A stretch of DNA of 64,000 nt from an uncultured Thermococci archaeon (GCA_964549615.1 CAZJVP010000020.1:96001-160000), one strand, 5' to 3'; positions 1-10,243 are shown, counted from the stretch's first letter. Numbers and translations are program-made. The notes: generated by a model not told the origin, from the sequence alone.

Positions 1-697
1 CCTGTCCTTCGCGGAGGGCGCGGACAAGTTGTTCTGGTTCAACCTTAACGCGGCCCCGCCACCGGAGGAGAGCTCCGGGCTGATCGAGCACGATCTCACA
101 CCAAGGCCGGCCTTCTGGGCCCATAAGGCCCTAGCCGATATCGTAGGACCGGCAGAATACCGGTGTAGGGTCAAGCTTGGCACGGGAATCCATGCCCACC
201 TTTTCCACCGGGAGGGAACGTACGTCATGGTCCTCTGGGCCCCCAACGAGACCGCCGAAGTCAGACTCAGAATGGCATCGAGGAGTTCCAGCCCCCGCCT
301 CTGGGACATGTTCGGCAAGGCGATTCAGCCATCCATCAAGGGACGGTTCATTTCGCTTGAAGCGTCACCACACCCGATCTTCATCTCGAATCTGAGCGAG
401 GACGATGTTCAAGCACTGCTGGCCCGACGGGGTTGGATTCCGTTTGTGAGCTTGGCCGCGCTGGTCGCCGCGGTCGGATGCTCGATGGCATACCTTTGGG
501 TGCGGCGACGCCGTGGCCCAGCTCCTACGCAGCGGGCCGATGGGGAGAAGCCGCCAACCAGGTCCGCGACGAAGTTCGGAGATGTGCCGGCCGAATGCCA
601 AAAGGCTTTCAAGGACACGGTCTGCCTCAAGTGTAGGCACTACGTGATCCAGGGAGGAACTGGACGTTGCAGGAAGTTCGGCATAAGGTTGGACTAG
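1..697 (+). CDS. Membrane-anchored glycoside hydrolase-like protein (clan GH-A-like C-terminal part), 5' truncated by the window edge
   Basis: Frame is open from position 2 (LSFAEGADKLFWFNL...GLIEHDLTPRPAFWAHK), resembling the last barrel strand of GH39/GH5-like enzymes; followed by a beta-rich domain, TM helix, RRRR and a Cys-rich tail. Confidence 0.55.
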   Translation, partial: LSFAEGADKLFWFNLNAAPPPEESSGLIEHDLTPRPAFWAHKALADIVGPAEYRCRVKLGTGIHAHLFHREGTYVMVLWAPNETAEVRLRMASRSSSPRLWDMFGKAIQPSIKGRFISLEASPHPIFISNLSEDDVQALLARRGWIPFVSLAALVAAVGCSMAYLWVRRRRGPAPTQRADGEKPPTRSATKFGDVPAECQKAFKDTVCLKCRHYVIQGGTGRCRKFGIRLD

Positions 698-1899
698 CCC
701 TCCTTGCCTGCGCAGCCATCACGATGGGATTCTTGGCCCCGGCTTCAGCCGCCCGCCACGACCCCCAGACCGGGCGTATCAGGATACTCTTCATCGGCCA
801 GCTCGTCGGCGCGGTGAACCTCTTCACCTCTTGGTACACGATCGAGCCGAGGATGACCGTTCAACCGGTTCCCTGCTCGCTCCAGCAAGTGTTGTTGACG
901 GAGGCCAAACGCCTCGTCCGCCTTTACGTTCCACGCACCTACCAGGAGATGGTTGGGAAGTACGACTGCGTCGTGGTCCAGGACCTAGGCCCCGACGTCC
1001 TCTCACCCAATTTCCTACCAGACTTCCGGAGAGCCATCGAAGAGGAGGGCCTGGGCGCAGTCCTCGCGGAGTTCGTGTACTGGGTTGGAAACGGCAACAG
1101 GATAGACCTCTGGATGGCCTCGACCTTCTATGATATCGTGCCTGCAGACATACTGTTCGGGATCGAGATCCCACAAGGCCAGAACTCCTTCTACAAGCTG
1201 GTTGGAAATAACCCCATCCTGCAGCTGCCCCAGATCGAGAAGTACCAGATGAACGGCGGCCACCACGGGCCCATGATAGCCCGCCAGGGCAGCGAGGTCC
1301 TGGCCATCTGGAGGGGCCTCGAGTACCCGGCGGTGACCTTCAGGAATTCGGGACGCGGCGCGCTCATCCAGATAGGACACGGATTTGACAATATCCCATC
1401 ATCCACCTTGTACGACTGGACATACTCCCAGGACTACGCCTACAACCTCGTCTACGGCGCGACCCAGGAGGAGATCCCCAAGGATCTTGAGTTGGTGAGG
1501 AAGGCGAGGTCGCTCTTCACCTCGGCCGCTGAGAAGAAGTCCCTGGTCTTCGCGATCCTGGAGTTCGCCGAGAGGTTTGGGGCCAACACCCACCCGATAA
1601 CGAGGGAGATCGGAAATCTGGCGGAGAGGTACGCTGAGGGCAACTCCCACTACATCGACGGAGACTACGAACAGGCTGCCGCGGTCTACGAGGAGATCAT
1701 CGAAGAGTATGACAGGCTTGAGGCCAAAGCGCTCGCGCTGAAGGACAGGGCGCTTCTCTGGGTCTACACGATTGAGTGGCTCTCCGTGTCAGGCACCTCG
1801 ATGCTCTCGGGGTTTGTCCTTTACTCGCTCATGGTGAGGCGAAAGATGTTCCGGGCAGTTGATTCCACCAGGACGGCCTCCAAACGGAGATCGACATAG
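667..1899 (+). CDS. Exported class I glutamine-amidotransferase-like fold protein with helical stalk and C-terminal TM anchor (paralog family copy 1)
   Basis: Signal-peptide-like N-terminus (..PASA|ARHDPQTG), RILFIG and YDCVVVQD strands, C-terminal TM plus LMVRRK; aligns by eye with 20493..21725. Confidence 0.7.
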   Translation: MQEVRHKVGLALLACAAITMGFLAPASAARHDPQTGRIRILFIGQLVGAVNLFTSWYTIEPRMTVQPVPCSLQQVLLTEAKRLVRLYVPRTYQEMVGKYDCVVVQDLGPDVLSPNFLPDFRRAIEEEGLGAVLAEFVYWVGNGNRIDLWMASTFYDIVPADILFGIEIPQGQNSFYKLVGNNPILQLPQIEKYQMNGGHHGPMIARQGSEVLAIWRGLEYPAVTFRNSGRGALIQIGHGFDNIPSSTLYDWTYSQDYAYNLVYGATQEEIPKDLELVRKARSLFTSAAEKKSLVFAILEFAERFGANTHPITREIGNLAERYAEGNSHYIDGDYEQAAAVYEEIIEEYDRLEAKALALKDRALLWVYTIEWLSVSGTSMLSGFVLYSLMVRRKMFRAVDSTRTASKRRST

Positions 1900-1919
1900 G
1901 CCCCTTGGGCGGGAAGGCT

Positions 1920-1935
1920 GGTCGGACGGCCGACC
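1920..1935. terminator. Short hairpin between convergent genes
   Basis: GGTCGG-ACGG-CCGACC inverted repeat in the 50-bp gap; no U-tract. Confidence 0.25.
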
Positions 1936-1949
1936 GAGCTTGAGACGCC

Positions 1950-2741
1950 CTAGGTTCCGCTTCCGGCGGCTCCCGCTCCCGAACGCCTCCAGCCCTTGAC
2001 GGATGCCAAGGCAAGGCTTGCGCCCGCGGTTATGAATGACGTGTCGCTGTCGACAGCGCAAAACCTGAAACCCATATCGATCGCGTCGTTTACGGTTTCC
2101 CGGGTGCAGTGCATGCCGGGCGCCACGCCATGCCTACGACAAGCCTCGACCACGTTCCTGAGGGTTTTCCGAAATTCCGCGTCCTTCCACGGCGGCGGAG
2201 GGCCGACCCCAAGGTTCATTGAGAGGTCCCAAGGACCTATGAAACAGGCATCGATGCCCTCAACGGCGAAGATCTCGTCCAAGTTGTTCAGGGCCTGACG
2301 AGTCTCGATCATTGCCGCGACGAGGATCTCGCGGTTGGCCGTACCGAGGTACTCGGGATCCCTCAGCATTGCCCTCCTTGGCCCAACGCCGCGGATGCCC
2401 TCCGGAGGGTATCTGCAGGACCTGACGGCGGCGAGCGCCTCTTCGGGGGTATTCACCATCGGCACGATGACTCCGAAGGCGCCGATGTCCAAGACCCGCT
2501 TGATGAGGACGGGATCGTTCCACCTGAGCCTCACCAGGGGCACGCAGTCCTTGGTGAAGCCCATGGCCTGCATCATCACCTGTACGGTCTCAAGGCTCAG
2601 CGGGCTGTGCTCAATGTCGAACGTAAGCCAGTCAAAGCCTAGGTCGGCCAGCCTCTCAGTCACATCCGGATGACCGATGGTAACCCAGGTGCCGATCGAG
2701 ACGTCACCGGCCTTGAGCTTGGCCTTCACGGGGTTTTTCAT
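1950..2741 (-). CDS. HpcH/HpaI family class II aldolase (2-keto-3-deoxy sugar-acid aldolase-like)
   Basis: GFDWLTFDIEHSP, LDIGAFGVIVPMV, YPPEGIRGVG, MIET, FIGPWDLS motifs; start trimmed to MKNPVKAKL. Confidence 0.9.
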   Translation of the reverse strand: MKNPVKAKLKAGDVSIGTWVTIGHPDVTERLADLGFDWLTFDIEHSPLSLETVQVMMQAMGFTKDCVPLVRLRWNDPVLIKRVLDIGAFGVIVPMVNTPEEALAAVRSCRYPPEGIRGVGPRRAMLRDPEYLGTANREILVAAMIETRQALNNLDEIFAVEGIDACFIGPWDLSMNLGVGPPPPWKDAEFRKTLRNVVEACRRHGVAPGMHCTRETVNDAIDMGFRFCAVDSDTSFITAGASLALASVKGWRRSGAGAAGSGT

Positions 2742-3152
2742 ACGACGCATGCCTCGACTATGACCGTTCTTGAAGGTTTCCCGTAAGTAGACATCTCGGG
2801 CATTGTGGGGCTCCGGCATGCGGCTTTCACCCGCCTCCTTGTAAAGCCGTCGTCTGACGATGAGAATCCGCAGGCTTACCTGGGGGGCCAATGGCTTGTC
2901 TGGTGCGACAGGTTTGCTGTGTCGTTCGAAAATCACTCCATCCCCCCGTTTTGGGTGTGTCGGTGGGCAAGCTGACCTACACAACGATCCGGTAGACGGT
3001 GCGATGCGAAGAAAAGGGTGGGATGACCAACAACGAGATCGCGGGAGCCTAAGAGATCAGCACAGGAAGACTCCAACAGCTGGGGGCCGCGGCGCGTTAG
3101 CATCGAACATTTATCTACAGCTCTCCGGGGTACGGGTCAGGGAGGCCACATC

Positions 3153-3815
3153 GTGGACAAGATACGAGTGCTCTGCTGGTCCGAGAGGACTGAACCCCCA
3201 AACGTCTATCCCAATGGCATCAACGGCGCAATCGCCGAGAGCCTCAACAGGCACAAGGATGTCTCGGCTAGGACTGCCTCGATATCAGATCCCGAGCAAG
3301 GATTGACGATGAACGCCCTCAGGGAGGCGGAGGTGCTCATCTGGTGGGGGCATGCGAAGCACGGGGAGGTCAGGGACGATCTGGTCGATCGCGTCGTCAA
3401 ACGCGTGAGGAACGACGGGATGGGCTTCATACCCGTCCACTCGGCCCACTACTCCAAACCTTTCAAGGTGCTCACCGGCATGCCATGCGACCTGGGCGGC
3501 TGGCGCGAGAAGGGCGAGTGGGAACGGATCAAGGTCATGGATCCCAACCACCCGATCGCGAGGGGCATCTCTGACTTCACCATCCCCCGCGATGAGATGT
3601 ACAAGGAGCCTTTCGGAATACCGGAGCCCGAGGCATTGGTCTTCCAGTCCACCTTCGAGGGCGGCGAGTGGTTCCGCTCGGGGGTTGCCTTCACCTTCGG
3701 GAAAGGCCGGGTCTTCTACTTCAGGCCCGGGCACGAAACGTTCCCGGTCATGATGGACAAGAACGTCCAGAAGGTCCTCTACAACGCAGTGCTCTGGGCT
3801 GCGCATAGGACATAG
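3153..3815 (+). CDS. thuA: ThuA-family trehalose utilisation protein
   Basis: VYPNGI, VLIWWGH, GMGFIPVHSAHYSKPF, EMYKEPF, YFRPGHET motifs; GGAGG SD upstream. Confidence 0.9.
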   Translation: MDKIRVLCWSERTEPPNVYPNGINGAIAESLNRHKDVSARTASISDPEQGLTMNALREAEVLIWWGHAKHGEVRDDLVDRVVKRVRNDGMGFIPVHSAHYSKPFKVLTGMPCDLGGWREKGEWERIKVMDPNHPIARGISDFTIPRDEMYKEPFGIPEPEALVFQSTFEGGEWFRSGVAFTFGKGRVFYFRPGHETFPVMMDKNVQKVLYNAVLWAAHRT

Positions 3816-3835
3816 CGGGCAACGGGGGTTGGCAC

Positions 3836-4825
3836 ATGCTCAAGGTTGGCGTCATCGGGATGGGAGGCATCGGAAACACCCACGCCGACATGTACAGGCA
3901 AAATGAACGCGTCAAGTTGGTCGCCGTATGCGACCTCATTAAGGAAAGGGCGGACAAGGCAGCGGCCCGGCTCGGCGTGAAGGCATACTACAGCGCCCCG
4001 GAGATGCTCGATGCGGAGGAGCTTGACATAGTAAGCGTCGCGACCGCAGGAGTTGAGAACGGTTCCGACCACTTCGAGCCCACGATGCAAGCCTTGGACG
4101 CGGGCGTCCACGTGCTCTGCGAGAAGCCTCTATGCAACGACGTCGCCAAGGCCGAGATGATGGTCGAGAAAGCCAAGGAGAAGGGCCTTTGTCTGGGTAC
4201 CAACCTCAACCACAGGTTCGTGCCACCAGCGGCGAGGGCCAAGAAGTACATAGAAGACAAGGAGCTCGGCGAGCTTCTCTTCGTCAACATGGCCCTCTGG
4301 ATAGACAACCCCAACGAGTCCTCCCCCTATTTCCACCTTCGTGCCCTCCATCCGCACTCCATCGACGTGATGAGGTACTTCTGCGGGGACGTGACCAAGG
4401 TGCATGCATTCTTCACCCGGCCCTCTTACCGAAAGATCTGGTCCAACGCACAGATCAACATGCTGTTCGCCAACGGCTGCATCGGACACCTGACCGGTAG
4501 CTACGACATGTCGGGCAATCACCCGATCGAGAGATGCGAGGTGGCGGGAACCGAGGGCAGGTTCATCATCGAGAACGTATTTGAGAGCCTGACGTTCATG
4601 CCCAGGAGAAGGCCGGAAAGGATCGTGTACAAGAACAACATCTTCAGTGGCGTCGGAAGCTTCAGGGACACGTTCAAAAACCGCATCAACCGCTTCGTGG
4701 AACAGATAGCCTCAGGCTGCAAGCCAGAGGAGATAGAGGCCTCAGGGGCGGATGGATTGGCCGCCCAGCGCATAATCGAAGCTGCCATAAAGTCCCACGA
4801 GACCGGCAGGGTCGTCAAGCTCTAG
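3836..4825 (+). CDS. Gfo/Idh/MocA family NAD(P)-dependent oxidoreductase
   Basis: VGVIGMGGIG Rossmann motif, HVLCEKP, HSID. Confidence 0.92.
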   Translation: MLKVGVIGMGGIGNTHADMYRQNERVKLVAVCDLIKERADKAAARLGVKAYYSAPEMLDAEELDIVSVATAGVENGSDHFEPTMQALDAGVHVLCEKPLCNDVAKAEMMVEKAKEKGLCLGTNLNHRFVPPAARAKKYIEDKELGELLFVNMALWIDNPNESSPYFHLRALHPHSIDVMRYFCGDVTKVHAFFTRPSYRKIWSNAQINMLFANGCIGHLTGSYDMSGNHPIERCEVAGTEGRFIIENVFESLTFMPRRRPERIVYKNNIFSGVGSFRDTFKNRINRFVEQIASGCKPEEIEASGADGLAAQRIIEAAIKSHETGRVVKL

Positions 4826-4840
4826 GCGAATAGTGGTCGC

Positions 4841-5698
4841 ATGCAAGACCTTACCGTCGCCGCGGTTCAGATGAACGCCGAGCTTGGACGAACGCAGCAA
4901 AACTTGCGCAAGGTGCGAGCTTGGACCGGCAAGGCCTCCAAATCGGGTGTGGATCTGGTGGTCTTCCCGGAGCTTGCAATAACCGGCCACTGGTGCAGCC
5001 CGGAATCCTGGAAAGCCTCGCAGGCCGTCCCGAACGGTCCCGCAGTCGTTGAGATCGAGGAACTGGCTAAGAAACACGATCTGCACATCTCCATCGGCAT
5101 CGCTGAGAGGGAGCACGGCGTGCAGTACAACAGCCAGATCCTTGTTGGGCCCCAAGGCTACATCGGGAAGCAGAGAAAGCTGCACATGTCAAGCGACGAG
5201 TATTTCTATTTCAGGGCTGGCGCCGAGATGCCCGTCTTCGACATCGGCAAGTGCAAGATCGGCACGGCGATATGCTACGATAACTTTTTCCCCGAGGTTC
5301 CCCGCATCCTAGCCCTGAAGGGTGCGGAGGTCGTGCTCAGCCGCCATGCGGCACGGTTCGGGAAGTGCAGGAAGAAAGGGCAGCGAAAGATCGTGGCGGA
5401 TCAAAAGAAGTTCTACCGAAAGGTCTACGCATCAAGAGCATACGACAACGGGGTTTTCTACGTCATCGTGAACCAGGCGGGGCGGGCGGGCGAGGATACT
5501 AGTCATGCCGGCGGCACCATGGTACTGGACCCCGAGGGGGAGGTCGTGGCGGAATCCAAAACAAAGGTCATCGAGGAGGAGATGGTGATCGCCGAGCTGA
5601 AGTCGTCCCTCTACGAGAAGAGACGCAGCTCAAGGTGCTTCAACCTCGTCACAAGAAGGCCCGAGATATACGGCGAGATCGCGCGTCCAGCAAGCTGA
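4841..5698 (+). CDS. Nitrilase-superfamily carbon-nitrogen hydrolase (amidohydrolase)
   Basis: E-K-C triad in VFPEL, RKLH, ICYD; C-terminal RRPEIY. Confidence 0.92.
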   Translation: MQDLTVAAVQMNAELGRTQQNLRKVRAWTGKASKSGVDLVVFPELAITGHWCSPESWKASQAVPNGPAVVEIEELAKKHDLHISIGIAEREHGVQYNSQILVGPQGYIGKQRKLHMSSDEYFYFRAGAEMPVFDIGKCKIGTAICYDNFFPEVPRILALKGAEVVLSRHAARFGKCRKKGQRKIVADQKKFYRKVYASRAYDNGVFYVIVNQAGRAGEDTSHAGGTMVLDPEGEVVAESKTKVIEEEMVIAELKSSLYEKRRSSRCFNLVTRRPEIYGEIARPAS

Positions 5699-5816
5699 TC
5701 TTTGAGGGGTTGGCGCGCGCGAGTGAAGCTTCGGGACAATTAACTCTCGGTAGGGCCCGTGGGGAGCTCCTCTCGCCGTCCGTGCCCGCCGCGCGCCTCG
5801 CTGATCCTGCAACCGT

Positions 5817-6518
5817 CTACGCGGCGGGGAATAGCATCACGGACAGGATTCCAGTTAGGAATATTCCATCAAAGGTGCCCGCCCCCCCAATGCTCACCAT
5901 GGGTGCTCCAAGACGGGATATCCTCCCAAGGTTCAGCAGATCGGCGCCGATCAGGACGCCTAAGACTCCTGATACGTATGCGATCCCCGCGACCTGATGG
6001 AACGGCAGACCTAGGATTCGTGTCACGACATAGGCCGAGGTTGCGGCGGACAACGGCGGGATGAGAACCGGGATAGAAATGCCGAAGCCGGGCACCGGCC
6101 TAGCCAACGAATGGCAAACGATGGTGACCATGATCGTCGCAGCCGCGAAGCCGGCGAGGGCGTTCGGAGCCATGACGAGAAGGAACAGGCAGATGGCTAC
6201 CGGTACGATGCACCCGCCCAGATTCACAGCTACCTTCGTTTCCTGGATGACCGTGTCAATGAACGGGACTGGATACAGGAAACCTAGAAAGGCCGGCCGC
6301 ATGGTGAGCGTCTGAACCCGCGAGGCCACCCTCGCGACAGGGATGTTGATCCAACTGCCGCCCAGCGAGATGAGAAGGGCCAGCATGGCATACTCTGGCG
6401 GGAGCCCGATTTGCCGAAAGGCGCTTCCGGCCACCCTGGTCACGATGAGGGCGAAAAGGAACATGGTCATGAGGAAGAGGAGCACCATGTATGGCGCTAT
6501 GACCGGCGGCGTTGCCAT
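5817..6518 (-). CDS. DUF1614 family membrane protein
   Basis: SLGGSWINIPV, VAVNLGGCIVP, GVLIGADLLNL, SIGGAGTFDGIFLTG; start trimmed to MATPPV. Confidence 0.88.
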   Translation of the reverse strand: MATPPVIAPYMVLLFLMTMFLFALIVTRVAGSAFRQIGLPPEYAMLALLISLGGSWINIPVARVASRVQTLTMRPAFLGFLYPVPFIDTVIQETKVAVNLGGCIVPVAICLFLLVMAPNALAGFAAATIMVTIVCHSLARPVPGFGISIPVLIPPLSAATSAYVVTRILGLPFHQVAGIAYVSGVLGVLIGADLLNLGRISRLGAPMVSIGGAGTFDGIFLTGILSVMLFPAA

Positions 6519-6695
6519 CGCGAGCGACCTAGGCCCTCTTGCCCTCATCGTATCATCAGGCCGACCAGGTTTCATAATTGTTACTGAAGGCGCGGAGCCG
6601 TAGCTTCGAGGATTTGTGATCGCGATCCGGCTGGGACCTTCCAAGAGCCGATAACCTTTTTCATCCGACCTTGAGCGTCGAAAGATGGTGCTTAC

Positions 6696-7718
6696 ATGAA
6701 GGCTGCGGTTCTTCACGCGATCAATGACATCAGGTTCGAGGAAATCCCGACTCCGAAGATACGTGAGAACGAAGTCCTGCTCAGGGTCAAGGCATGCGGG
6801 CTGTGCGGAACGGACGTGCACTTCCTGCGCGGCGAATGGGCGGTGAGGATGCCCTTGGTCCCTGGCCATGAGTTCTCGGGCGAAATCGCCGAGGTCGGCA
6901 GGGAAGTGACCAACGTTTCGGTGGGAGACAGGGTCTCCATAGATCCCAACGTCGTTTGTGGAGTGTGCAAGAACTGCCGCAGGACCGAAAGGAACCATTT
7001 GTGCTCGAACATCAGGGCCATTGGGGTCGACGTCGATGGCGCATTCGCGGAGTTCGTGAAGGCGCCTCGGGAGGTCGTGTATCGCCTTCCACCGAACGTT
7101 GACTTTGAGACGGGCGCAATGACGGAGCCCGTGGGATGTTGCATCAGGGGATTCGACAACACCAGAGCTGCGCTGGGGGATACGGTCGTGGTGATCGGAG
7201 CAGGCCCGATAGGGCTGATCCTGCAGCAGATGGCTCTCCTGCAAGGTGCGGCGAAGGTCCTGACGATTGAGCCCGTGGAAGGCCGAAGGCGAATGGCAAA
7301 AAAGTTGGGCGCGCACCGAACCATAGACCCCGCCACGGAGGATGTGCCCATGATCGTTGCGGATGAAACCGAGGGGAACGGGCCTGAGGTCGTCTTCGAG
7401 GCCGTTGGCTCGCCCAAAACCATTTCGCTGGCGCTCCAACTTGCTGGAAGGGGCTCAAGGGTGAACCTCTTCGGCGTCGCACCACAGGCCTCAGAGGTCA
7501 CGATCAAGCCGTTCATGCTTTACGACAAGGAGCTCAAGATCTCCGCATCGTACAGGGACCCTTTTACCTTCGATAGAGCGATACAGCTCTTGGCCAACGG
7601 CAGGTTGGATGTCAAGTCGCTCATCACCCACAGGTTCCCCCTATCCAAGGTTGGCGAGGCCATGGAAACCTTCGAGACGAAGAAGGAGGAAGCCATAAAG
7701 ATAATGCTCCGACCCTGA
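6696..7718 (+). CDS. Zn-dependent medium-chain dehydrogenase (sorbitol/threonine dehydrogenase-like)
   Basis: CGLCGTD, GHEFSG, structural Zn CGVCKNC...C, GAGPIG. Confidence 0.93.
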   Translation: MKAAVLHAINDIRFEEIPTPKIRENEVLLRVKACGLCGTDVHFLRGEWAVRMPLVPGHEFSGEIAEVGREVTNVSVGDRVSIDPNVVCGVCKNCRRTERNHLCSNIRAIGVDVDGAFAEFVKAPREVVYRLPPNVDFETGAMTEPVGCCIRGFDNTRAALGDTVVVIGAGPIGLILQQMALLQGAAKVLTIEPVEGRRRMAKKLGAHRTIDPATEDVPMIVADETEGNGPEVVFEAVGSPKTISLALQLAGRGSRVNLFGVAPQASEVTIKPFMLYDKELKISASYRDPFTFDRAIQLLANGRLDVKSLITHRFPLSKVGEAMETFETKKEEAIKIMLRP

Positions 7719-7893
7719 CGTCCCTCCACAGGGCAGGCAGAACGCAGGATGCCTTGGCCACAACGCGCTGAGCGCGAGTGGTGCTGGTCCGCCTTCTCGC
7801 TCACGATCCTTGATATCCAACCTGCTCGAAGCGGCGCCGGTTGCAGCTTGCGAAACAGGTTTATGCATGTACATACGCCGCTTGGTCCCGCAA

Positions 7894-8847
7894 ATGATGA
7901 TCTCCTATCTGGTCATAGCGGGTGCCACCTGGGTCGGGTTCAATATCGGGGCCAACGATGGCGCCAACTGCGTCGGAGCCTGCATCGGGGGAGGAGCCCT
8001 CGGATTCCGCAAGGCCGTTCTTCTCGGCGCAGCATTCGCATTCGTCGGCGGGCTCTTCGGGACAAAAGTCACCGCCACCATATCCCAAGACGTGCTGCTG
8101 CCTAGCGACCTCACGCCAATGGCCGCCGCCGCCTGCCTCTTCGCGGCCGGCTCAGTTGTAGCTCTCGCCACGACGTTCGGCATGCCCGTATCAACTTCCC
8201 ACGCGACCGTGCTCGCGATGGTGGGCGTCGGCCTCGGCACGAAGGCGCATATTGAAATGGCGAACCTCGCCAAGATAGTGTCCTCTTGGGTCATCCTGCC
8301 CGTAGCTATGATCGGCCTTTCATTCCTGATCATCACCGTCCTGAAGTCGCTCCTCTCGCGGGTCAGCTCGCTTGTGAACCTTGAGATCATACTGAAGTAC
8401 ATGTTGATCGCCAGCAGCATGTACGCTTCATTTGCTCTTGGTGCAAGCCACGCTGGACTCGCGGGCGGAATGGTGGAGGGGGCAGAAATCCTAGGCCGCT
8501 TCGGGGCGACGCTCTTAGGATCCTTTTGCATCGCGGCCGGCGTCTTGTTTTTCGGCGGTAGAGTCATAAGGACGCTCGCCGAGGGAATCACTCCCTTGAG
8601 TCCGGTCTCTGCCTTCGCGATGCAACTCTCCGCCGCCGTGGGGCTGAACGTGTGTTCGATCCTCGGATTGCCTGTATCCAGTTCACAGGCCATCGTCGCG
8701 GCCGCGGTTGGGGTTGGCCTCGCCCAGCGTGGGACGGCAGTGAACAGCAGGCAGATAGCCAAGATAGTCGTCTTCTGGATCGTTATCCCCATCGGCACTT
8801 TCCTAGCGACATATCTGTTCTTCCAGTTCATCGGTCACCATGGCTGA
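7894..8847 (+). CDS. Inorganic phosphate transporter, PiT family
   Basis: GANDGAN signature, GMPVSTSHA and GLPVSSSQA repeats, multiple TM segments. Confidence 0.9.
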   Translation: MMISYLVIAGATWVGFNIGANDGANCVGACIGGGALGFRKAVLLGAAFAFVGGLFGTKVTATISQDVLLPSDLTPMAAAACLFAAGSVVALATTFGMPVSTSHATVLAMVGVGLGTKAHIEMANLAKIVSSWVILPVAMIGLSFLIITVLKSLLSRVSSLVNLEIILKYMLIASSMYASFALGASHAGLAGGMVEGAEILGRFGATLLGSFCIAAGVLFFGGRVIRTLAEGITPLSPVSAFAMQLSAAVGLNVCSILGLPVSSSQAIVAAAVGVGLAQRGTAVNSRQIAKIVVFWIVIPIGTFLATYLFFQFIGHHG

Positions 8848-8894
8848 GGCAAAAGATTCTTCATTGGAAAGAATGTGGAAGGAGACGTGGTTAG

Positions 8895-9530
8895 TTGGTA
8901 GGAGCAAAAGAGAAACGTGCCATGGAAGGGATCAACACACACATGAAGCTGGTCGCTGATTGCACGACCCAGCTGGCGAAGGTGTATCAGCTGTACGTGG
9001 GGGGCGACCCTGAGAGATACCAACAGGAAGCCATGCGGATGCGCGAGATGGAGCGCGAGGCTGACGAGGTCAGGAGGCAGGTGGAGCTCACCATATACTC
9101 TGGTGCATTCATGCCCATCTACAGGGAGGACTATCTGTCCCTGACCGAGCTGATCGACGAGGTTGCAGATGGCTGCCTTTCAGCGGTAAACCTCCTGTCC
9201 CTAACGAGGGTCAGGATACCGAAGGCAGCGGTGGACAGGATCGCTGCGTTGATCGAGAAAACCATCCAGTGCGTCGATGCCTTGCGGCAGTGCGTATCGA
9301 TCTGCTTGAAGGACAGAAGGAAGGCAGCTGAGATGGCGGCACGGGTGGAAGAACTGGAGGAATCCATAGACCAAGACGAATTCGATCTGCGCTCTGCCCT
9401 TTACAGGATGCCAATAGAGGGTTACGACAAACTGCTGCTCAACGATGTGGTGGAAAGGATCGGGAGCATATCCGACACCGCCGAGGACGTGAGCGATAGG
9501 ATAGTCATCATGGTCAGCAAGAGGGGATAG
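8895..9530 (+). CDS. DUF47/TIGR00153 PhoU-like phosphate transport regulator
   Basis: EREADEVRR, FMPIYRED, ISDTAEDVSD; directly downstream of PiT. Confidence 0.9.
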   Translation: MVGAKEKRAMEGINTHMKLVADCTTQLAKVYQLYVGGDPERYQQEAMRMREMEREADEVRRQVELTIYSGAFMPIYREDYLSLTELIDEVADGCLSAVNLLSLTRVRIPKAAVDRIAALIEKTIQCVDALRQCVSICLKDRRKAAEMAARVEELEESIDQDEFDLRSALYRMPIEGYDKLLLNDVVERIGSISDTAEDVSDRIVIMVSKRG

Positions 9531-9687
9531 TCCCGTCCCGAACACGATGCCCGCGTAAACACCTGACCCGGTCAGGGGCCTGCCCGGATCTCGGCTTTCC
9601 CAAGCATAGCTAGCGGCTACCAAAAATCTTTAAGGCCACCCGGCGAGACCTTCGCGTTAATCCGTAGGTCGCGGTGCTGATAGCCAA

Positions 9688-10059
9688 ATGGGGCTGGCGA
9701 GCTTCGTCCAAGAGATAGGTGAGGTCCTCGAAAGGAATCTGAAGAGCAAGGCCGTCATCGTCACCATCATGGTCCTTGCCGCCCTCTTCCACGTAGTCTG
9801 CTTCATAATCCTGGGAATCCTATCGTTCACGCTATACATCCGCTCCCTGAGAGGCCCGTTACCCCTCTTTCCGAAGCGTGATGATAAGGAGACCGGGACG
9901 ATAGTCATCGGGATCGTGCTTTTTGGTTTCGGCCTCTACTACCTCGTGAGATCGTATATCCCAGAATTCGGGTGGCAGATAGCGTTCGTGCTGGTCGGTT
10001 CGTTCTTGATCGCCTTCGGGCTGAGCAGAGGAAGCGAGAGGCGTGAGGCGGGACACTAG
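9688..10059 (+). CDS. Small multi-pass membrane protein with LiaF/DUF5668-like TM pair
   Basis: Three hydrophobic segments; GIVLFGFGLYYLV...WQIAFVLVGSFLI pattern; BRE/TATA AAAAATCTTTAAG upstream. Confidence 0.5.
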   Translation: MGLASFVQEIGEVLERNLKSKAVIVTIMVLAALFHVVCFIILGILSFTLYIRSLRGPLPLFPKRDDKETGTIVIGIVLFGFGLYYLVRSYIPEFGWQIAFVLVGSFLIAFGLSRGSERREAGH

Positions 10060-10243
10060 GCGGGACAAGTACCTGCTCAGGGGATTCTTCGCAACCACCC
10101 TCGGCCTGATGTGGCTTGCGGCCGCAAAGCAACTTGTAGAGTTTCGGCCAGGACCGTACATCGCAGTCTTCTGCATGGCCTTTGGAGCGGAGATGGTCGC
10201 AATCGGGCTAATCAGAGAGCGCGCGAGAAGGTCTTTGCCTTGA
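10043..10243 (+). CDS. Small two-TM membrane protein
   Basis: 66 aa with two hydrophobic helices; overlaps both neighbours as in an operon. Confidence 0.5.
   Translation: MRRDTRRDKYLLRGFFATTLGLMWLAAAKQLVEFRPGPYIAVFCMAFGAEMVAIGLIRERARRSLP

Noticed and set aside
6519-7439. N-terminal 300 aa of the 540-aa ORF 5817..7439
   Set aside because: Antisense shadow of the alcohol dehydrogenase; DUF1614 similarity begins only near 6518.
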